From Myxococcota bacterium (GTDB lineage: Bacteria > Myxococcota_A > UBA9160 > JAFDDA01): a DNA stretch of 64,000 nucleotides. Under the pieces are notes generated by a model. That model had not been told where the DNA came from and searched no databases. It saw only the letters and a list, made by a program, of their open reading frames with translations. Of this stretch, positions 19,346-29,251 are shown in pieces. The position numbers and the translations under genes were made by a program. The stretch spans positions 2,624,001 to 2,688,000 of the forward strand of contig OZ245817.1 of assembly GCA_965228475.1 (NCBI GenBank), given 5' to 3'. How positions within the stretch are numbered: position 1 is the stretch's first letter; each line of letters begins with the position of its first letter.

Positions 19346-21007
19346 ATGCGACCGACCCTGCTCGCCCCGCCCCTGCGATCGAGCCTCGATGCCCGCACCG
19401 CCGAGTTCCGGGAGAACCGCGCGGCCATGCTCAAGCGGCTCGAGGAGATCGACGCACTCCTCGACGAAGCCGAGCAAGGCGGCGGCGCCTACCACCACGA
19501 ACGCCTGGCCAAGCGGGGGAAGCTCCCGGTCCGCCAGCGGATCGCCCTGGCCCTCGACCCGGACAGCCCGTTCCTCGAGATCAGCTCGCTCGCGGCGTAC
19601 AACTCGTCCTACACGATCGGCGGCGGCGCCGTGATGGGCATCGGCGTGATTGCCGGCGTCGAGTGCGTGATCTTCGCGAACGACCCGACGGTCCTCGGCG
19701 GCGCCCTCACGCCCTACGTCGGGAAGAAGTGGATGCGCGCCCTCGAGATCGCGCGCGACAACCACATGCCCTACGTGAGCTTCGTCGAGTCCGCGGGCGC
19801 GGACCTGCGGCGCGGCGGGGGCGGCGGCAAGAAAGAAGGAGCCGCGACCGCCGCCGGAACCCGCATCGAACACTTCGCCGAGACCGGGCGCTTCTTCTAC
19901 GAGATGATCGAGCTCTCGAAGCTCGAGATCCCGACCGTCTGCGTCGTCTTCGGCTCCTCGACCGCCGGCGGCGCCTACCAGCCCGGCCTCTCGGACTACA
20001 ACATCGTGGTCAAGGAGCAGTCGAAGATCTTCCTGGCCGGCCCTCCCCTCGTGAAGATGGCTACCGGCGAGGAGTCCGACGACGAGAGCCTCGGCGGGGC
20101 CAAGATGCACGCCGAGATCTCCGGGCTCGGCGAGTACTTCGCCGAGGACGAGCCCGACGCCCTGCGACTGTGCCGCGAGGTCGTCTCCCATCTGAACTGG
20201 AAGAAGCCCGGCCCGGCCCCGACCCTCCGCCCCGACCCGCCGAAGCTCGACCCCGAGGAGCTGCTCGGGATCATCGACCCCGAGCTCAAGCGCCCGGCCG
20301 AGATCCGCGACGTGATCGGCCGCATCGTGGACGGCTCGCGCTTCGAGGACTTCAAGCCGCGCTACGGCCCGACGATGGTCTGCGGCTTCGCTTCGATCGA
20401 GGGCTACCCGGTGGGCCTGCTCGGCAACAACGGAGTGATCTACCCGGAGGCTGCCGAGAAGGCGGCCCACTTCATCCAGCTCTGCAACCAGATCGACCTC
20501 CCGCTCGTCTTCCTGCAGAACCTGACGGGCTTCATCGTGGGCCGCGCCTTCGAAGAGGCGGGAATCATCAAGAAGGGCTCGCAGATGCTGAACGCGGTCA
20601 CCAACTCCACGGTGCCGCATCTGACGGTGATCGTCGGCGCGTCCTACGGCGCGGGCACCTACGCCATGAGCGGGCGGGCCTTCAACAACCGGTTCACGTT
20701 CCTGTGGCCCACCGCGAAGATCGCGGTCATGGGCGGGAAGCAGATCGCCGGCGTCATGTCCATCGTCCGTCGAGGCCAGGCCGCCCGCAAGGGCGAGGCG
20801 TTCGACGAAGAGGCCGACGCCCAGATCCGCGCCGCCGTCGAAGACGCCCAGGAGCGGGGCTCGGTGGCCCTCGAAGCCAGCGGCGCGATCACCGACGACG
20901 GCATCATCGACCCGCGCGACACGCGCACCGTGCTCGGCATCTGCCTTTCGGTCGTCCGCAACAAGCCCGTCGAAGGCACCGACGGCTACGGAGTCTTTCG
21001 CCTGTGA
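19346..21007 (+). CDS. Acyl-CoA carboxylase carboxyltransferase subunit (geranyl-CoA carboxylase beta, AtuC-like)
   Basis: RGKLPVRQRI, ANDPTVLGG, VESAGADL, GSSTAGGAY, FLAGPPLVK, DDGIIDPRDTR, YGVFRL. Confidence 0.9.
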   Translation: MRPTLLAPPLRSSLDARTAEFRENRAAMLKRLEEIDALLDEAEQGGGAYHHERLAKRGKLPVRQRIALALDPDSPFLEISSLAAYNSSYTIGGGAVMGIGVIAGVECVIFANDPTVLGGALTPYVGKKWMRALEIARDNHMPYVSFVESAGADLRRGGGGGKKEGAATAAGTRIEHFAETGRFFYEMIELSKLEIPTVCVVFGSSTAGGAYQPGLSDYNIVVKEQSKIFLAGPPLVKMATGEESDDESLGGAKMHAEISGLGEYFAEDEPDALRLCREVVSHLNWKKPGPAPTLRPDPPKLDPEELLGIIDPELKRPAEIRDVIGRIVDGSRFEDFKPRYGPTMVCGFASIEGYPVGLLGNNGVIYPEAAEKAAHFIQLCNQIDLPLVFLQNLTGFIVGRAFEEAGIIKKGSQMLNAVTNSTVPHLTVIVGASYGAGTYAMSGRAFNNRFTFLWPTAKIAVMGGKQIAGVMSIVRRGQAARKGEAFDEEADAQIRAAVEDAQERGSVALEASGAITDDGIIDPRDTRTVLGICLSVVRNKPVEGTDGYGVFRL

Positions 21008-22944
21008 GCTTCTCGACCCTGCTCGTCGCCAACCGCGGCGAGATCGCGCGCCGCGTCATCCGCAGCGCCCACGCCATGGGCATCCGCTGCGTCGCCGTCT
21101 ACGTCGATGCGGACGCGGGCGCCCCCTTCGTGCGCGACGCGGACGAAGCCGTCCGGCTCGAGAACGGCTACCTCGACGGCGACACCATCCTCGAAGCTGC
21201 ACTCGCGACCGGCGCCGGCGCCGTCCACCCCGGCTACGGCTTCCTGTCCGAGAACGCCGACTTCGCGCGCAAGGCCACCGCTGCGGGCATCGTCTGGGTC
21301 GGCCCCTCGCCGGAAGCCATCACCGAGATGGGCGACAAGATCGCGGCGAAGGCCCTGGCCGAAAAGGCCCAGGTGCCCACCCTGCCCGGTTCGGAGGATC
21401 CGGCGGCCGCGGAGGAAGTCGGCTTTCCGCTGCTCGTGAAGGCCGCGGCCGGTGGCGGCGGCAAGGGCATGCGGATCGTGAACGCGGCCTCGGAGCTCGA
21501 AGAGTCGATCGCCGCCGCCAAGCGGGAGGCGCTCGGCGGCTTCGGGGACGACCGGGTGTTCCTGGAACGCTACGTCTCCCGGGCCCGGCACATCGAAATC
21601 CAGATCCTGGGCGATGCGCACGGCAACGTCGTGCACCTCGGCGAACGCGAGTGTTCGATCCAGCGCCGGCACCAGAAGATCCTCGAAGAATCGCCCTCCC
21701 CGCGCGTCGACGCGGCCACCCGGGAAAAGATGGGCGCGGCCGCCCTGAGCCTGGCGCGCGAACTCGGCTACCAGAGCGCCGGAACCGTCGAGTTCCTGTT
21801 CGACGACGAGACCGGAGAGTTCTTCTTCCTCGAGGTGAACACCCGCCTCCAGGTCGAACACCCGGTGACCGAGCTCGTCACGGGCATCGACCTCGTGCGC
21901 GAGCAGCTGCGCGTCGCGGCCGGGGAGCCCCTCGGCTACGAGCAGAGCGACATCACCTTCGAGGGCGCGGCGGTCGAGGCCCGGCTCTACGCGGAAGACC
22001 CGAGCAACGAGTTCCTTCCCGCCACGGGCACGCTCGAGGCCTACGCTCCCGCCGAGACGCCCGCCGTTCGCTGGGACTCGGGCGTCGAGCAGGGCTCGGT
22101 GGTCGGGACCGACTTCGACCCGATGCTCGCCAAGGTCATCGCCCACGCGCCGACGCGCAGCGAAGCGGCCGGGCGGCTGGCTCTCGCCCTGGCGCGCACG
22201 CATCTCGGCGGCGTCGTCACCAACCGCGACTTCCTCGTCCACGCCCTGCGCGCGCCCGAGTTCCTGGCCGGCGACACCACCACGGACTTCATCGATCGCG
22301 TGAAGCCGCCGCGCAGCCTCGAGCCGAGCGAGGACGAGCTCGTCCGGCTCGGCCAGGTCGCGGCGCTCTGGCTCCAGGGGAAGAACCGGGCCGAGGCGCC
22401 GGTCCTCTCCACGGTGCCCTCCGGCTGGCGCAACGCGCGGCTGCCGGACCAGCAGGTCGAGCTCTTTCACGGCGAAGACGTCCTGACCCTGCAGTACCGA
22501 TCGCTCCGAGGCGGCGGGTTCCGGTTCGCCGACGGCACCGACGCCCGCGTCCACGACTGGCAGCCCGGTTCGATCGACGCGGAGATCGGCGGCCGCCGGG
22601 TGCGCGGACGTGTCACGCACGCGGAGGACCGCCTGCACGTCCAGGGCCCGCGCGGGGACGTGACGTTCCTCGAGAAGCCGCGCTTCGTCCTCCCCGGCAG
22701 CGAGGCCGAAGCCGGCGGCTTCGTCGCCAAGATGCCCGGCAAGGTCCTCGCGCTGCAGGTCGGGGTCGGGGACGTCGTGCGCGAAGGCGACACCGTGCTC
22801 GTGCTCGAGGCCATGAAGATGGAACACCCCATGCGCGCGGCCGAGGACGGCACGGTCACCGCGGTCCACGTGGAGGAAGGCGAGCAGGTCGAGGCGGGCA
22901 CGCTCCTGCTGGTGGTCGAGCCGCTCGCGAACGAAGACGCCTAG
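21004..22944 (+). CDS. Biotin carboxylase / biotin carrier subunit (geranyl-CoA carboxylase alpha, AtuF-like)
   Basis: GTG start overlapping the previous stop; LVANRGEIA, HPGYGFLSEN, GGGGKGMR, ERECSIQRRHQK, EVNTRLQVEHPVTE, biotinyl motif EAMKME. Confidence 0.93.
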   Translation: MSFSTLLVANRGEIARRVIRSAHAMGIRCVAVYVDADAGAPFVRDADEAVRLENGYLDGDTILEAALATGAGAVHPGYGFLSENADFARKATAAGIVWVGPSPEAITEMGDKIAAKALAEKAQVPTLPGSEDPAAAEEVGFPLLVKAAAGGGGKGMRIVNAASELEESIAAAKREALGGFGDDRVFLERYVSRARHIEIQILGDAHGNVVHLGERECSIQRRHQKILEESPSPRVDAATREKMGAAALSLARELGYQSAGTVEFLFDDETGEFFFLEVNTRLQVEHPVTELVTGIDLVREQLRVAAGEPLGYEQSDITFEGAAVEARLYAEDPSNEFLPATGTLEAYAPAETPAVRWDSGVEQGSVVGTDFDPMLAKVIAHAPTRSEAAGRLALALARTHLGGVVTNRDFLVHALRAPEFLAGDTTTDFIDRVKPPRSLEPSEDELVRLGQVAALWLQGKNRAEAPVLSTVPSGWRNARLPDQQVELFHGEDVLTLQYRSLRGGGFRFADGTDARVHDWQPGSIDAEIGGRRVRGRVTHAEDRLHVQGPRGDVTFLEKPRFVLPGSEAEAGGFVAKMPGKVLALQVGVGDVVREGDTVLVLEAMKMEHPMRAAEDGTVTAVHVEEGEQVEAGTLLLVVEPLANEDA

Positions 22945-22953
22945 GAGGCCCCG

Positions 22954-24711
22954 ATGGCCGACCCGATCCGCATCGCCAACTGCTCCGGCTTCTTCGGGGA
23001 CCGCCTGACCGCTGCACGCGAGATGGTCGAGGGCGGCCCGATCGACGTCCTCACCGGGGATTGGCTGGCCGAGCTCACCATGCTGATCCTCGCCCGGACG
23101 CGCATGAAGCACCCGGGCCGCGGCTTCGCACGAACCTTCGTCGCGCAGATGGAACAGGTCATGGGCCCCTGCCTCGATCGGGGGATCAAGGTCGTGAGCA
23201 ACGCCGGCGGCCTCGACCCGGAGAACTGCGCCGAGGCCGTGGCCGAGGTCGCGAAGGAGCTCGGTCTCTCTCCGAAGATCGCCTTCATCCGGGGGGACGA
23301 CCTCCTTCCGCGCATGGACGAACTGATGGCCGCCGACCAGCTCATCCACTTCGAAAGCGGCGAGCCGATCAAGGACGCGGCCTCGTTCCTGACGGCCAAT
23401 GCCTACTTCGGCTGCTGGGGCATCGTCGACGCCCTCGAGCAGGGGGCGGACATCGTGATCACCGGCCGCGCCACCGACGCCGCCATCGTGTGCGGCCCGG
23501 CGGCGTGGCACCACGGCTGGAAGCGGGACGATTGGGACGCGCTCGCGGGCGCGGTGGTCGCCGGGCACGTGATCGAGTGCGGAACCCAGGCCACCGGCGG
23601 GAACTACTCCTTCTTCCACGAAGTGCCCGGCATGGAACGCGTGGGCTTCCCCTTCGCCGAGGTCGCCTCCGACGGCTCTTCGGTGATCGGCAAGCACGAG
23701 GGAACCGGCGGCGCCGTGACCCAGGGCACGGTGACCTCGCAGCTCCTCTACGAGATCGGCGGCCCGGCCTACTTCGGCCCGGACGTCACGGCGCGCTTCG
23801 ACACGATCGCGCTCGAGGACGCGGGACCCGACCGCGTGCGCATCCACGGCGTGAAGGGCGAGCCCCCGCCGCCGACGCTGAAGGTCTGCATCAACCGACC
23901 GGGCGGCTTCCGCAACGACATGAACGTCTGCCTCACGGGCCTGGACATCGAGGCCAAGGCGAAGCTCGTCGAGGACGGGTTCTGGGCCGCCTGCCCCTAT
24001 CGTCCCGAAGACTTCGCCCACGTCTCGACCCAGCTGATCCGCACGGACCAGCCGGACCCGGCGAGCAACGAGCAGGCCGTCGCCATCCTGAAGATCAGCG
24101 CCAAGGACCCGGACGCGAACAAGGTCGGCCGGGCGTTCTCGAACGCCGTGATCGAACTCGCCCTCGCGAACATTCCCGGCTTCTTCGCCGTGGGCGGCGG
24201 TCCCGGGCCGGGCCGGCCCTTCGGCGTGATGGTGCCCGCGAAGATCGCCGCGGAGCTCGTTCCCCAGGAGGTCGTCCTGCGCGCGGGAGAGTCGCGGTCG
24301 GTCTCCTCGGTGAATCCGACGGAGGGAAGCGCCGTCGAGCCGGCCCCGGACCCGGGTACCCCGGTTCCCGGCGGAGGCACCCGGCGCGTTCCGCTCGGTA
24401 CGATCCTCGGCGCACGCTCCGGCGACAAGGGCGGCAACGCGAACCTCGGCGTCTTCGCCCGCAGCGACGAAGCCTTCACCTGGCTCGACGACTTCCTCTC
24501 GACCGAGACCCTGAAGCAGCTCCTCCCGGAGGCGGCCCCCCTCGAGGTCGACCGCTACCGCTTGCCGGCGATCCGCTCCCTGAACTTCGTGATCCACGGC
24601 CTCCTGCAAGAGGGCGTCGCCGCTTCGACGCGCCAGGACCCTCAGGCCAAGAGCCTCGGCGAATGGCTGCGCGCCCGGGTCGTCGAGATCCCGGAAGCGC
24701 TCCTGCCGTGA
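22954..24711 (+). CDS. atuA: Acyclic terpene utilization AtuA family protein (DUF1446)
   Basis: IRIANCSGFFGDR, DWLAELTM, SNAGGL, GHVIECG, QLLYEI, ARSGDKGGNANLG, DPQAKSLGEWLR. Confidence 0.9.
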   Translation: MADPIRIANCSGFFGDRLTAAREMVEGGPIDVLTGDWLAELTMLILARTRMKHPGRGFARTFVAQMEQVMGPCLDRGIKVVSNAGGLDPENCAEAVAEVAKELGLSPKIAFIRGDDLLPRMDELMAADQLIHFESGEPIKDAASFLTANAYFGCWGIVDALEQGADIVITGRATDAAIVCGPAAWHHGWKRDDWDALAGAVVAGHVIECGTQATGGNYSFFHEVPGMERVGFPFAEVASDGSSVIGKHEGTGGAVTQGTVTSQLLYEIGGPAYFGPDVTARFDTIALEDAGPDRVRIHGVKGEPPPPTLKVCINRPGGFRNDMNVCLTGLDIEAKAKLVEDGFWAACPYRPEDFAHVSTQLIRTDQPDPASNEQAVAILKISAKDPDANKVGRAFSNAVIELALANIPGFFAVGGGPGPGRPFGVMVPAKIAAELVPQEVVLRAGESRSVSSVNPTEGSAVEPAPDPGTPVPGGGTRRVPLGTILGARSGDKGGNANLGVFARSDEAFTWLDDFLSTETLKQLLPEAAPLEVDRYRLPAIRSLNFVIHGLLQEGVAASTRQDPQAKSLGEWLRARVVEIPEALLP

Positions 24712-25367
24712 GCCGGCCGGGCAAGAGCCGCCCGCGCGTTCGCTTCAGCGACGTGCGTGCGCCCAAGCCCCTGCTCTCCCGCGAGAGCGAGCGGCGGCTC
24801 AGCGCCCGCCAGCTCGAACTGCTCGAGGAGCTCGAAGCGAAGCTCGTTCGCGGCGGGCTCGGCGAGCTCACCATGTCCGAGATCGCCTCGGACGTCGGCT
24901 GCTCCCTGCGCACGCTCTACGGCATCGCACCGAGCAAGGACGAGCTGCTGCTGCTGGTCGTCGACCGCCGACTCCACCGGATCGGCCGTGCCGCCGTGGA
25001 CGTGCTCGAGGCTGGCCGGCCTCCCCTCGAGACCCTGCGCGCGTACCTGCGCGCCACCAACGAGGCCGTCCAACCGGAATCCGTCGTGCTCTCGGCCGAC
25101 CTCGGCGACGTAGTCGGAGCCGGCGCGCTGTTCGCCTCCCACGAGGGCTACCTGAGCGCCGTCGCGAAGAGTCTGCTCGACCGAGCGGTCGCCGCCGGCG
25201 ACGTCGGCCCCGTCGACACCGCCGCGATCGCCCACGTCCTCGGCGGACTGGGCCGCGAGTTCGCCCGGCCCGAAGTCGTCCGCAAGGTGCGCGGTTCGGC
25301 GAAGGAGACGGCCGACCACCTGACCGAACTCCTGCTCGATGGCCTCCCGCCGGGCCGGAACGCGTGA
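24708..25367 (+). CDS. TetR/AcrR family transcriptional regulator
   Basis: GTG start overlapping the atuA stop; LTMSEIASDVGCSLRTLYGIAPSKDELL HTH. Confidence 0.85.
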   Translation: MSRPGKSRPRVRFSDVRAPKPLLSRESERRLSARQLELLEELEAKLVRGGLGELTMSEIASDVGCSLRTLYGIAPSKDELLLLVVDRRLHRIGRAAVDVLEAGRPPLETLRAYLRATNEAVQPESVVLSADLGDVVGAGALFASHEGYLSAVAKSLLDRAVAAGDVGPVDTAAIAHVLGGLGREFARPEVVRKVRGSAKETADHLTELLLDGLPPGRNA

Positions 25368-26320
25368 AGCGCGGCCTGCTCGTCCTGGCCGTCGTCGCGG
25401 GGCTCGCGTTCGCCGCGGTCGAACACCGCCACCGGATCCTGATCCACGCGCTCTCGCTGGCCGGCCCGCCTGCGCTCCTCGAAGCCGGTGAGGAAGGCCC
25501 CGGCGTCCGCTGGCTCGACGACTACTTCACCGTCGAAGCCCTGGACGAGCGCACCTTCGCGATCGGCGAGCCGCGCTACGCCCAGCAGGTGTTCAACTAC
25601 CTGATCGTCGGAGAGACGCGGGCCCTGCTGTTCGACGCGGGGCCCGGACTGCGGGACGTTCGCGCGGTCGCGGAATCCCTCACGGACCGGCCCATCACGT
25701 TCCTGCCCTCCCACTTCCACTACGACCACGTGGGCAACGAGGTGCGCTTCGAACGGGTCGCGCTGGTGGACCTCCCCCACCTGCGGGAGCGTGCCCGGGA
25801 CGGGCGGCTCCGCCTGACCTTCGAGGAGCATCTCGGCGTCGCCGAAGGCTTCGACGCACCGACCTTCGAGGTCAGCGAGTGGATCGCGCCGGGGTCGTTC
25901 ATCGACCTCGGCGGGCGCTCCGTGCAGCTCCTCCTGACGCCGGGGCACACCGAGGAGTCCGTCTCGCTGCTCGACGCCGAGGCCGGGCGCGTCTTCACGG
26001 GCGACTTCCTCTACCCGGGCCCGCTCTACGCCTTCCTTCCGAACAGCGGCATGGGCGACTACCTCCAGGGGGCGGAAACCGTGCTCCGGCTGGCGCCGGC
26101 CGGCGCGAGCGTCCACGGCGCGCACCGGACCGCCGCGCCGGGGAAGCCCGTCCTCGGCCTCGCGGACGTGGAGGATCTGCGCGCTGCGCTGGTGGCGATC
26201 CAGCGCGGAGCGCTCTCGGGGGATGGCTTCTACCCGGTCGAGTATCCGGTCAACGACCGCATCCAGCTCCTGGCCGAGCCGCCCTCGCTTCAGAACTGGA
26301 CGCCGCATCATCCAGAATGA
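25364..26320 (+). CDS. MBL-fold metallo-hydrolase with N-terminal signal/TM
   Basis: LLFDAG, SHFHYDHVG (HxHxDH), TPGHT, FTGDFLY. Confidence 0.88.
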   Translation: MKRGLLVLAVVAGLAFAAVEHRHRILIHALSLAGPPALLEAGEEGPGVRWLDDYFTVEALDERTFAIGEPRYAQQVFNYLIVGETRALLFDAGPGLRDVRAVAESLTDRPITFLPSHFHYDHVGNEVRFERVALVDLPHLRERARDGRLRLTFEEHLGVAEGFDAPTFEVSEWIAPGSFIDLGGRSVQLLLTPGHTEESVSLLDAEAGRVFTGDFLYPGPLYAFLPNSGMGDYLQGAETVLRLAPAGASVHGAHRTAAPGKPVLGLADVEDLRAALVAIQRGALSGDGFYPVEYPVNDRIQLLAEPPSLQNWTPHHPE

Positions 26321-26443
26321 AAGTCGCCCGCCGGCGCGCGGGGGCAGCCCCACGGCAGGCCTTCGGCAAGACGCGCCGGACCTTCCCGTCCGCTGGCGCC
26401 TCGGCGACACCGATGGGGTTCAGCCTCGGCCGGCGCTGCCGGT

Positions 26444-26460
26444 TGGACTCACGCTTGCAA
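26444..26460 (+). promoter_or_regulatory. Possible sigma54 (-24/-12) promoter of flagellin
   Basis: TGGACTCACGCTTGCAA = GG-N10-GC with TTGCA; lies very close to the start codon. Confidence 0.35.
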
Positions 26461-26471
26461 CACACGAGGGT

Positions 26472-27284
26472 GTGGGACTGCGAATCAACACCAACGTCGC
26501 CTCGCTCCGGGTGCAGCGAAATCTCGCCGAGAACACCCGCCAGATCGGCGTCCTGATGGAGCGGCTCTCCTCGGGCCTCCGCATCAACCGGGCCTCGGAC
26601 GACCCGGCGGGCCTCGCGATCTCCGAGCGCATGCGGGCCCGCATCCGCGGCCTCCAGCAGGCCGAGCGCAACGCCCTAGACGGGATCTCGCTCGTCCAGA
26701 TCGCCGAGGGCGCCCTCGCCGAGAGTGCGAACCTGCTGATCCGCATGCGCGAGCTCGCCATCCAGGCGGCCAACGGCTCCCTCTCGGACGCGGACCGCGC
26801 CTCCATCCAGCAGGAGGTGGACGACAACCTCGCCGAGATCGACCGGATCGCCGCGGTGACGGACTTCAACGGCGTCTTCCCGCTCGCCGGGAGCAGCCCG
26901 ATCTTCCTCGCGATCGACCCGAACGGGAGCGGGATCTCGATCGGCGGCGTCGATGCCTCGGGCGCGGCCCTCGGCCTCGCGAGCGCCGACGTCTCGACCG
27001 CCGACGCCGCCCGGGCCCGGCTCTCGGCGATCGATCAAGCCATCGGCAACCTCTCGAGCCTGCGCGCGACGCTCGGCACGGCCCAGAATCGGATCGAGTC
27101 CGCGATCCGCAGCATCCGGGTGAACATCGAGAACACCTCGGCCGCGGAGTCGCGCATCCGCGACGCCGACCTCGCGGACCTCGTCTCGGAACTCTCGCGG
27201 CGCCAGGTCCTCCAGCAGTTCGGCACCGCGCTGCTGACCCAGGCCAACCTGGCGCCTTCGATCGCCCTGCGGCTCCTGCCCTAG
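26472..27284 (+). CDS. fliC: Flagellin (minimal, about 270 aa; D0/D1 only)
   Basis: GLRINTNVASL...ERLSSGLRINRASDDPAGLAISERM...QIAEGAL...RMRELAIQAANG and C-terminal RATLGTAQNRIES...AAESRIRDAD...QANLAP. Confidence 0.93.
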   Translation: MGLRINTNVASLRVQRNLAENTRQIGVLMERLSSGLRINRASDDPAGLAISERMRARIRGLQQAERNALDGISLVQIAEGALAESANLLIRMRELAIQAANGSLSDADRASIQQEVDDNLAEIDRIAAVTDFNGVFPLAGSSPIFLAIDPNGSGISIGGVDASGAALGLASADVSTADAARARLSAIDQAIGNLSSLRATLGTAQNRIESAIRSIRVNIENTSAAESRIRDADLADLVSELSRRQVLQQFGTALLTQANLAPSIALRLLP

Positions 27285-27343
27285 CCGCTCCGTCACCCGC
27301 TACCCTCCCGGCGCACCGCAGGGGCGCGGCGAGGAGACGAGAC

Positions 27344-27727
27344 ATGGCGGACGCGGAACGGATTCGATCGATCTACGAGCGCTACCCGGAGCTGGTGAGC
27401 GCGGGCGACGTCGACGCGATCGTCGACCTCTACGCCGAGGACGCGACGATCGAAGACCCGATCGGCTCGGACCTCCACCGGGGACGCGACGCGATCCGCA
27501 AGTTCTACGCCGCCTCGGCCGGGCACGTGACGATGAAGCAGACGGGGCCGGTCCGCGTCGCCGGCCACGAGGCCGCGACGCCCTTCGTCATCCTCATGGG
27601 CCCCGAGGGCGAGCGGCGCGCCCTCGACGTGATCAGTACGATGTCCTTCGACGACGAGGGCAAGGTGCGGGCGATGCGCGCCTTCTGGAGCTTCGATGCC
27701 ATGCGGCCCGCGACCGAGGCCGATTGA
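27344..27727 (+). CDS. Ketosteroid-isomerase-like NTF2/SnoaL protein
   Basis: RYPELVSAGDVDAIVDLYAEDATIEDPIGS...GRDAIRKFY...FDDEGKVRAMRAFW. Confidence 0.85.
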   Translation: MADAERIRSIYERYPELVSAGDVDAIVDLYAEDATIEDPIGSDLHRGRDAIRKFYAASAGHVTMKQTGPVRVAGHEAATPFVILMGPEGERRALDVISTMSFDDEGKVRAMRAFWSFDAMRPATEAD

Positions 27728-27826
27728 CCCCAAGCCGCTCGCGCAGCGGAGCGGCGCGTTCCCCACCGGGCTTGACCCTTCGACGCCCGGGGCGTAGAAG
27801 CACACCTGCGCCATCCGGAGGAACCG

Positions 27827-28234
27827 ATGACCCCTTCCCTGATCGCCCTTTGTGCCTTCGCTCTCTGGACGAGCCTGCTCGTCTTCTCCCTCGCGAACGT
27901 TCGCGTTCTGACCAGCCAGCGTTCCGGCAGACCCGTGAACAGCTTCCGGCCCGATGGGACCGACCTCGAAGGGTTCGGAAGCCGCCTCACCCGGGCGCAC
28001 CTGAACTGCGTCGAGTTCCTGCCGATCTTCGGCGCGGTGATCCTGGCGGCAGCGGCCGCCGGCAAGGGCGCCGTGACCGACGGCCTCGCCATGACGGTCT
28101 TCTACGCGCGCGTGGGCCAGTCCATCGTGCACATCGCGTCGACCTCCGTTCCGGCGGTCCTCGCACGCGCGACGCTCTTCGTCGTGCAGCTCGCGATCAC
28201 GGCCTGGTGGGCGTTCCAGCTCGTCACGGCCTGA
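27827..28234 (+). CDS. MAPEG family membrane protein
   Basis: RLTRAHLNCVEFLP, ARVGQSIVH, four TM segments; GGAGG RBS. Confidence 0.85.
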   Translation: MTPSLIALCAFALWTSLLVFSLANVRVLTSQRSGRPVNSFRPDGTDLEGFGSRLTRAHLNCVEFLPIFGAVILAAAAAGKGAVTDGLAMTVFYARVGQSIVHIASTSVPAVLARATLFVVQLAITAWWAFQLVTA

Positions 28235-28255
28235 GCCCGGCGGAGGCCCGTCTCC

Positions 28256-29251
28256 TCAGGCTTCGAGCAGCTGCTTGCCGAAGTTCGCTCCGGTGTAGAG
28301 CCGCCGGAGCGTCTTCGGCAGGTTCTCGAAGCCCTTCTGCACGTCGACCTGCCAGGCGATCTTTCCGGCGGACACCCACTCGAGCAGCTGGGCCGTCGCC
28401 TCGCCGGCGCGCGGGAGAAAGTCGAGCACCACGAACCCCTCCATGCGCGCGCGCTGGGCGATCAGGCGGTAGTAGTGGCTCGGCCCGGGCGGCAGCTCCT
28501 CCTGCCCGTAGCGCTGGACCGTCCCGCAGATCACGACGCGCGCGCCGCGGGCGATGCGGGCGAGCACCGCGTCGAGGATCGGACCGCCCACGTTGTCGAA
28601 GAAGACGTCGATGCCGTCGGGGCAGAGCGCGGAGAGCCGCTCGCCGACGTCCTCGGACTTGTAGTCGATCGCGGCGTCGAGGCCCGCCTCCTGCGTCAGC
28701 CAGCGGCACTTCTCGGGCCCGCCGGCGATCCCGACCACGCGGCATCCCTGGATCTTCGCGATCTGGGCGGCGACGGATCCCGTCGCCCCGGCGGCTCCCG
28801 AGACCACGACCACGTCGCCCGACTGGAGCTTGCCGATCTCGAGCAGTCCGAAGTACGCCGTGATGCCCGTCATGCCGAGGGCGGAGAGCGCGAGCCCCGG
28901 ATCGACCCCGGGTTCGAGCTTGCGGAGCCCGGCGTCGCCGACGGCGTATTCCTGCCAACCGGTCATGCCGAGCACCGCATCTCCGGGCGCGTAGCCTTCG
29001 AGGCGCGACTCGACCACCTCGGCGACGGCCATCCCCCGCATCACGCCACCGACGGGCACCGGCGGCAGATAGTTCGGTGCGTCGTCGACCCAGCCGCGCA
29101 TGGCCGGTTCGAGACTGAAGAGGCGGTTGCGCACGAGCACCTGTCCGTGGCCGGCCTCGGGCACGGGCGTTTCGGTGAGTTCGAAGTCGCTCTCCTCGAT
29201 CATCCCCACCGGTCGGCGCGCGAGAAGCCACTGCCGGTTCGGCCCGGTCAT
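28256..29251 (-). CDS. NADP-dependent oxidoreductase (prostaglandin reductase/CurA-like, MDR family)
   Basis: NRQWLLARRPVG, LGMTGITAYFGLL, VSGAAGATGS, DVFFDNVGG, GANFGKQLL. Confidence 0.92.
   Translation of the reverse strand: MTGPNRQWLLARRPVGMIEESDFELTETPVPEAGHGQVLVRNRLFSLEPAMRGWVDDAPNYLPPVPVGGVMRGMAVAEVVESRLEGYAPGDAVLGMTGWQEYAVGDAGLRKLEPGVDPGLALSALGMTGITAYFGLLEIGKLQSGDVVVVSGAAGATGSVAAQIAKIQGCRVVGIAGGPEKCRWLTQEAGLDAAIDYKSEDVGERLSALCPDGIDVFFDNVGGPILDAVLARIARGARVVICGTVQRYGQEELPPGPSHYYRLIAQRARMEGFVVLDFLPRAGEATAQLLEWVSAGKIAWQVDVQKGFENLPKTLRRLYTGANFGKQLLEA

Noticed and set aside
19285..25367. Apparent giant proteins 19285..22944 (1219 aa) and 21651..25367 (1238 aa)
   Set aside because: Only their C-terminal parts are real (biotin carboxylase from 21004, TetR from 24708); the upstream parts are off-frame overlaps of neighbouring genes, not fusions.
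26389..26416. Sigma28 promoter for the flagellin (ACCGATGG -10-like)
   Set aside because: There is no credible TAAA/TCAA -35 element at the right spacing.
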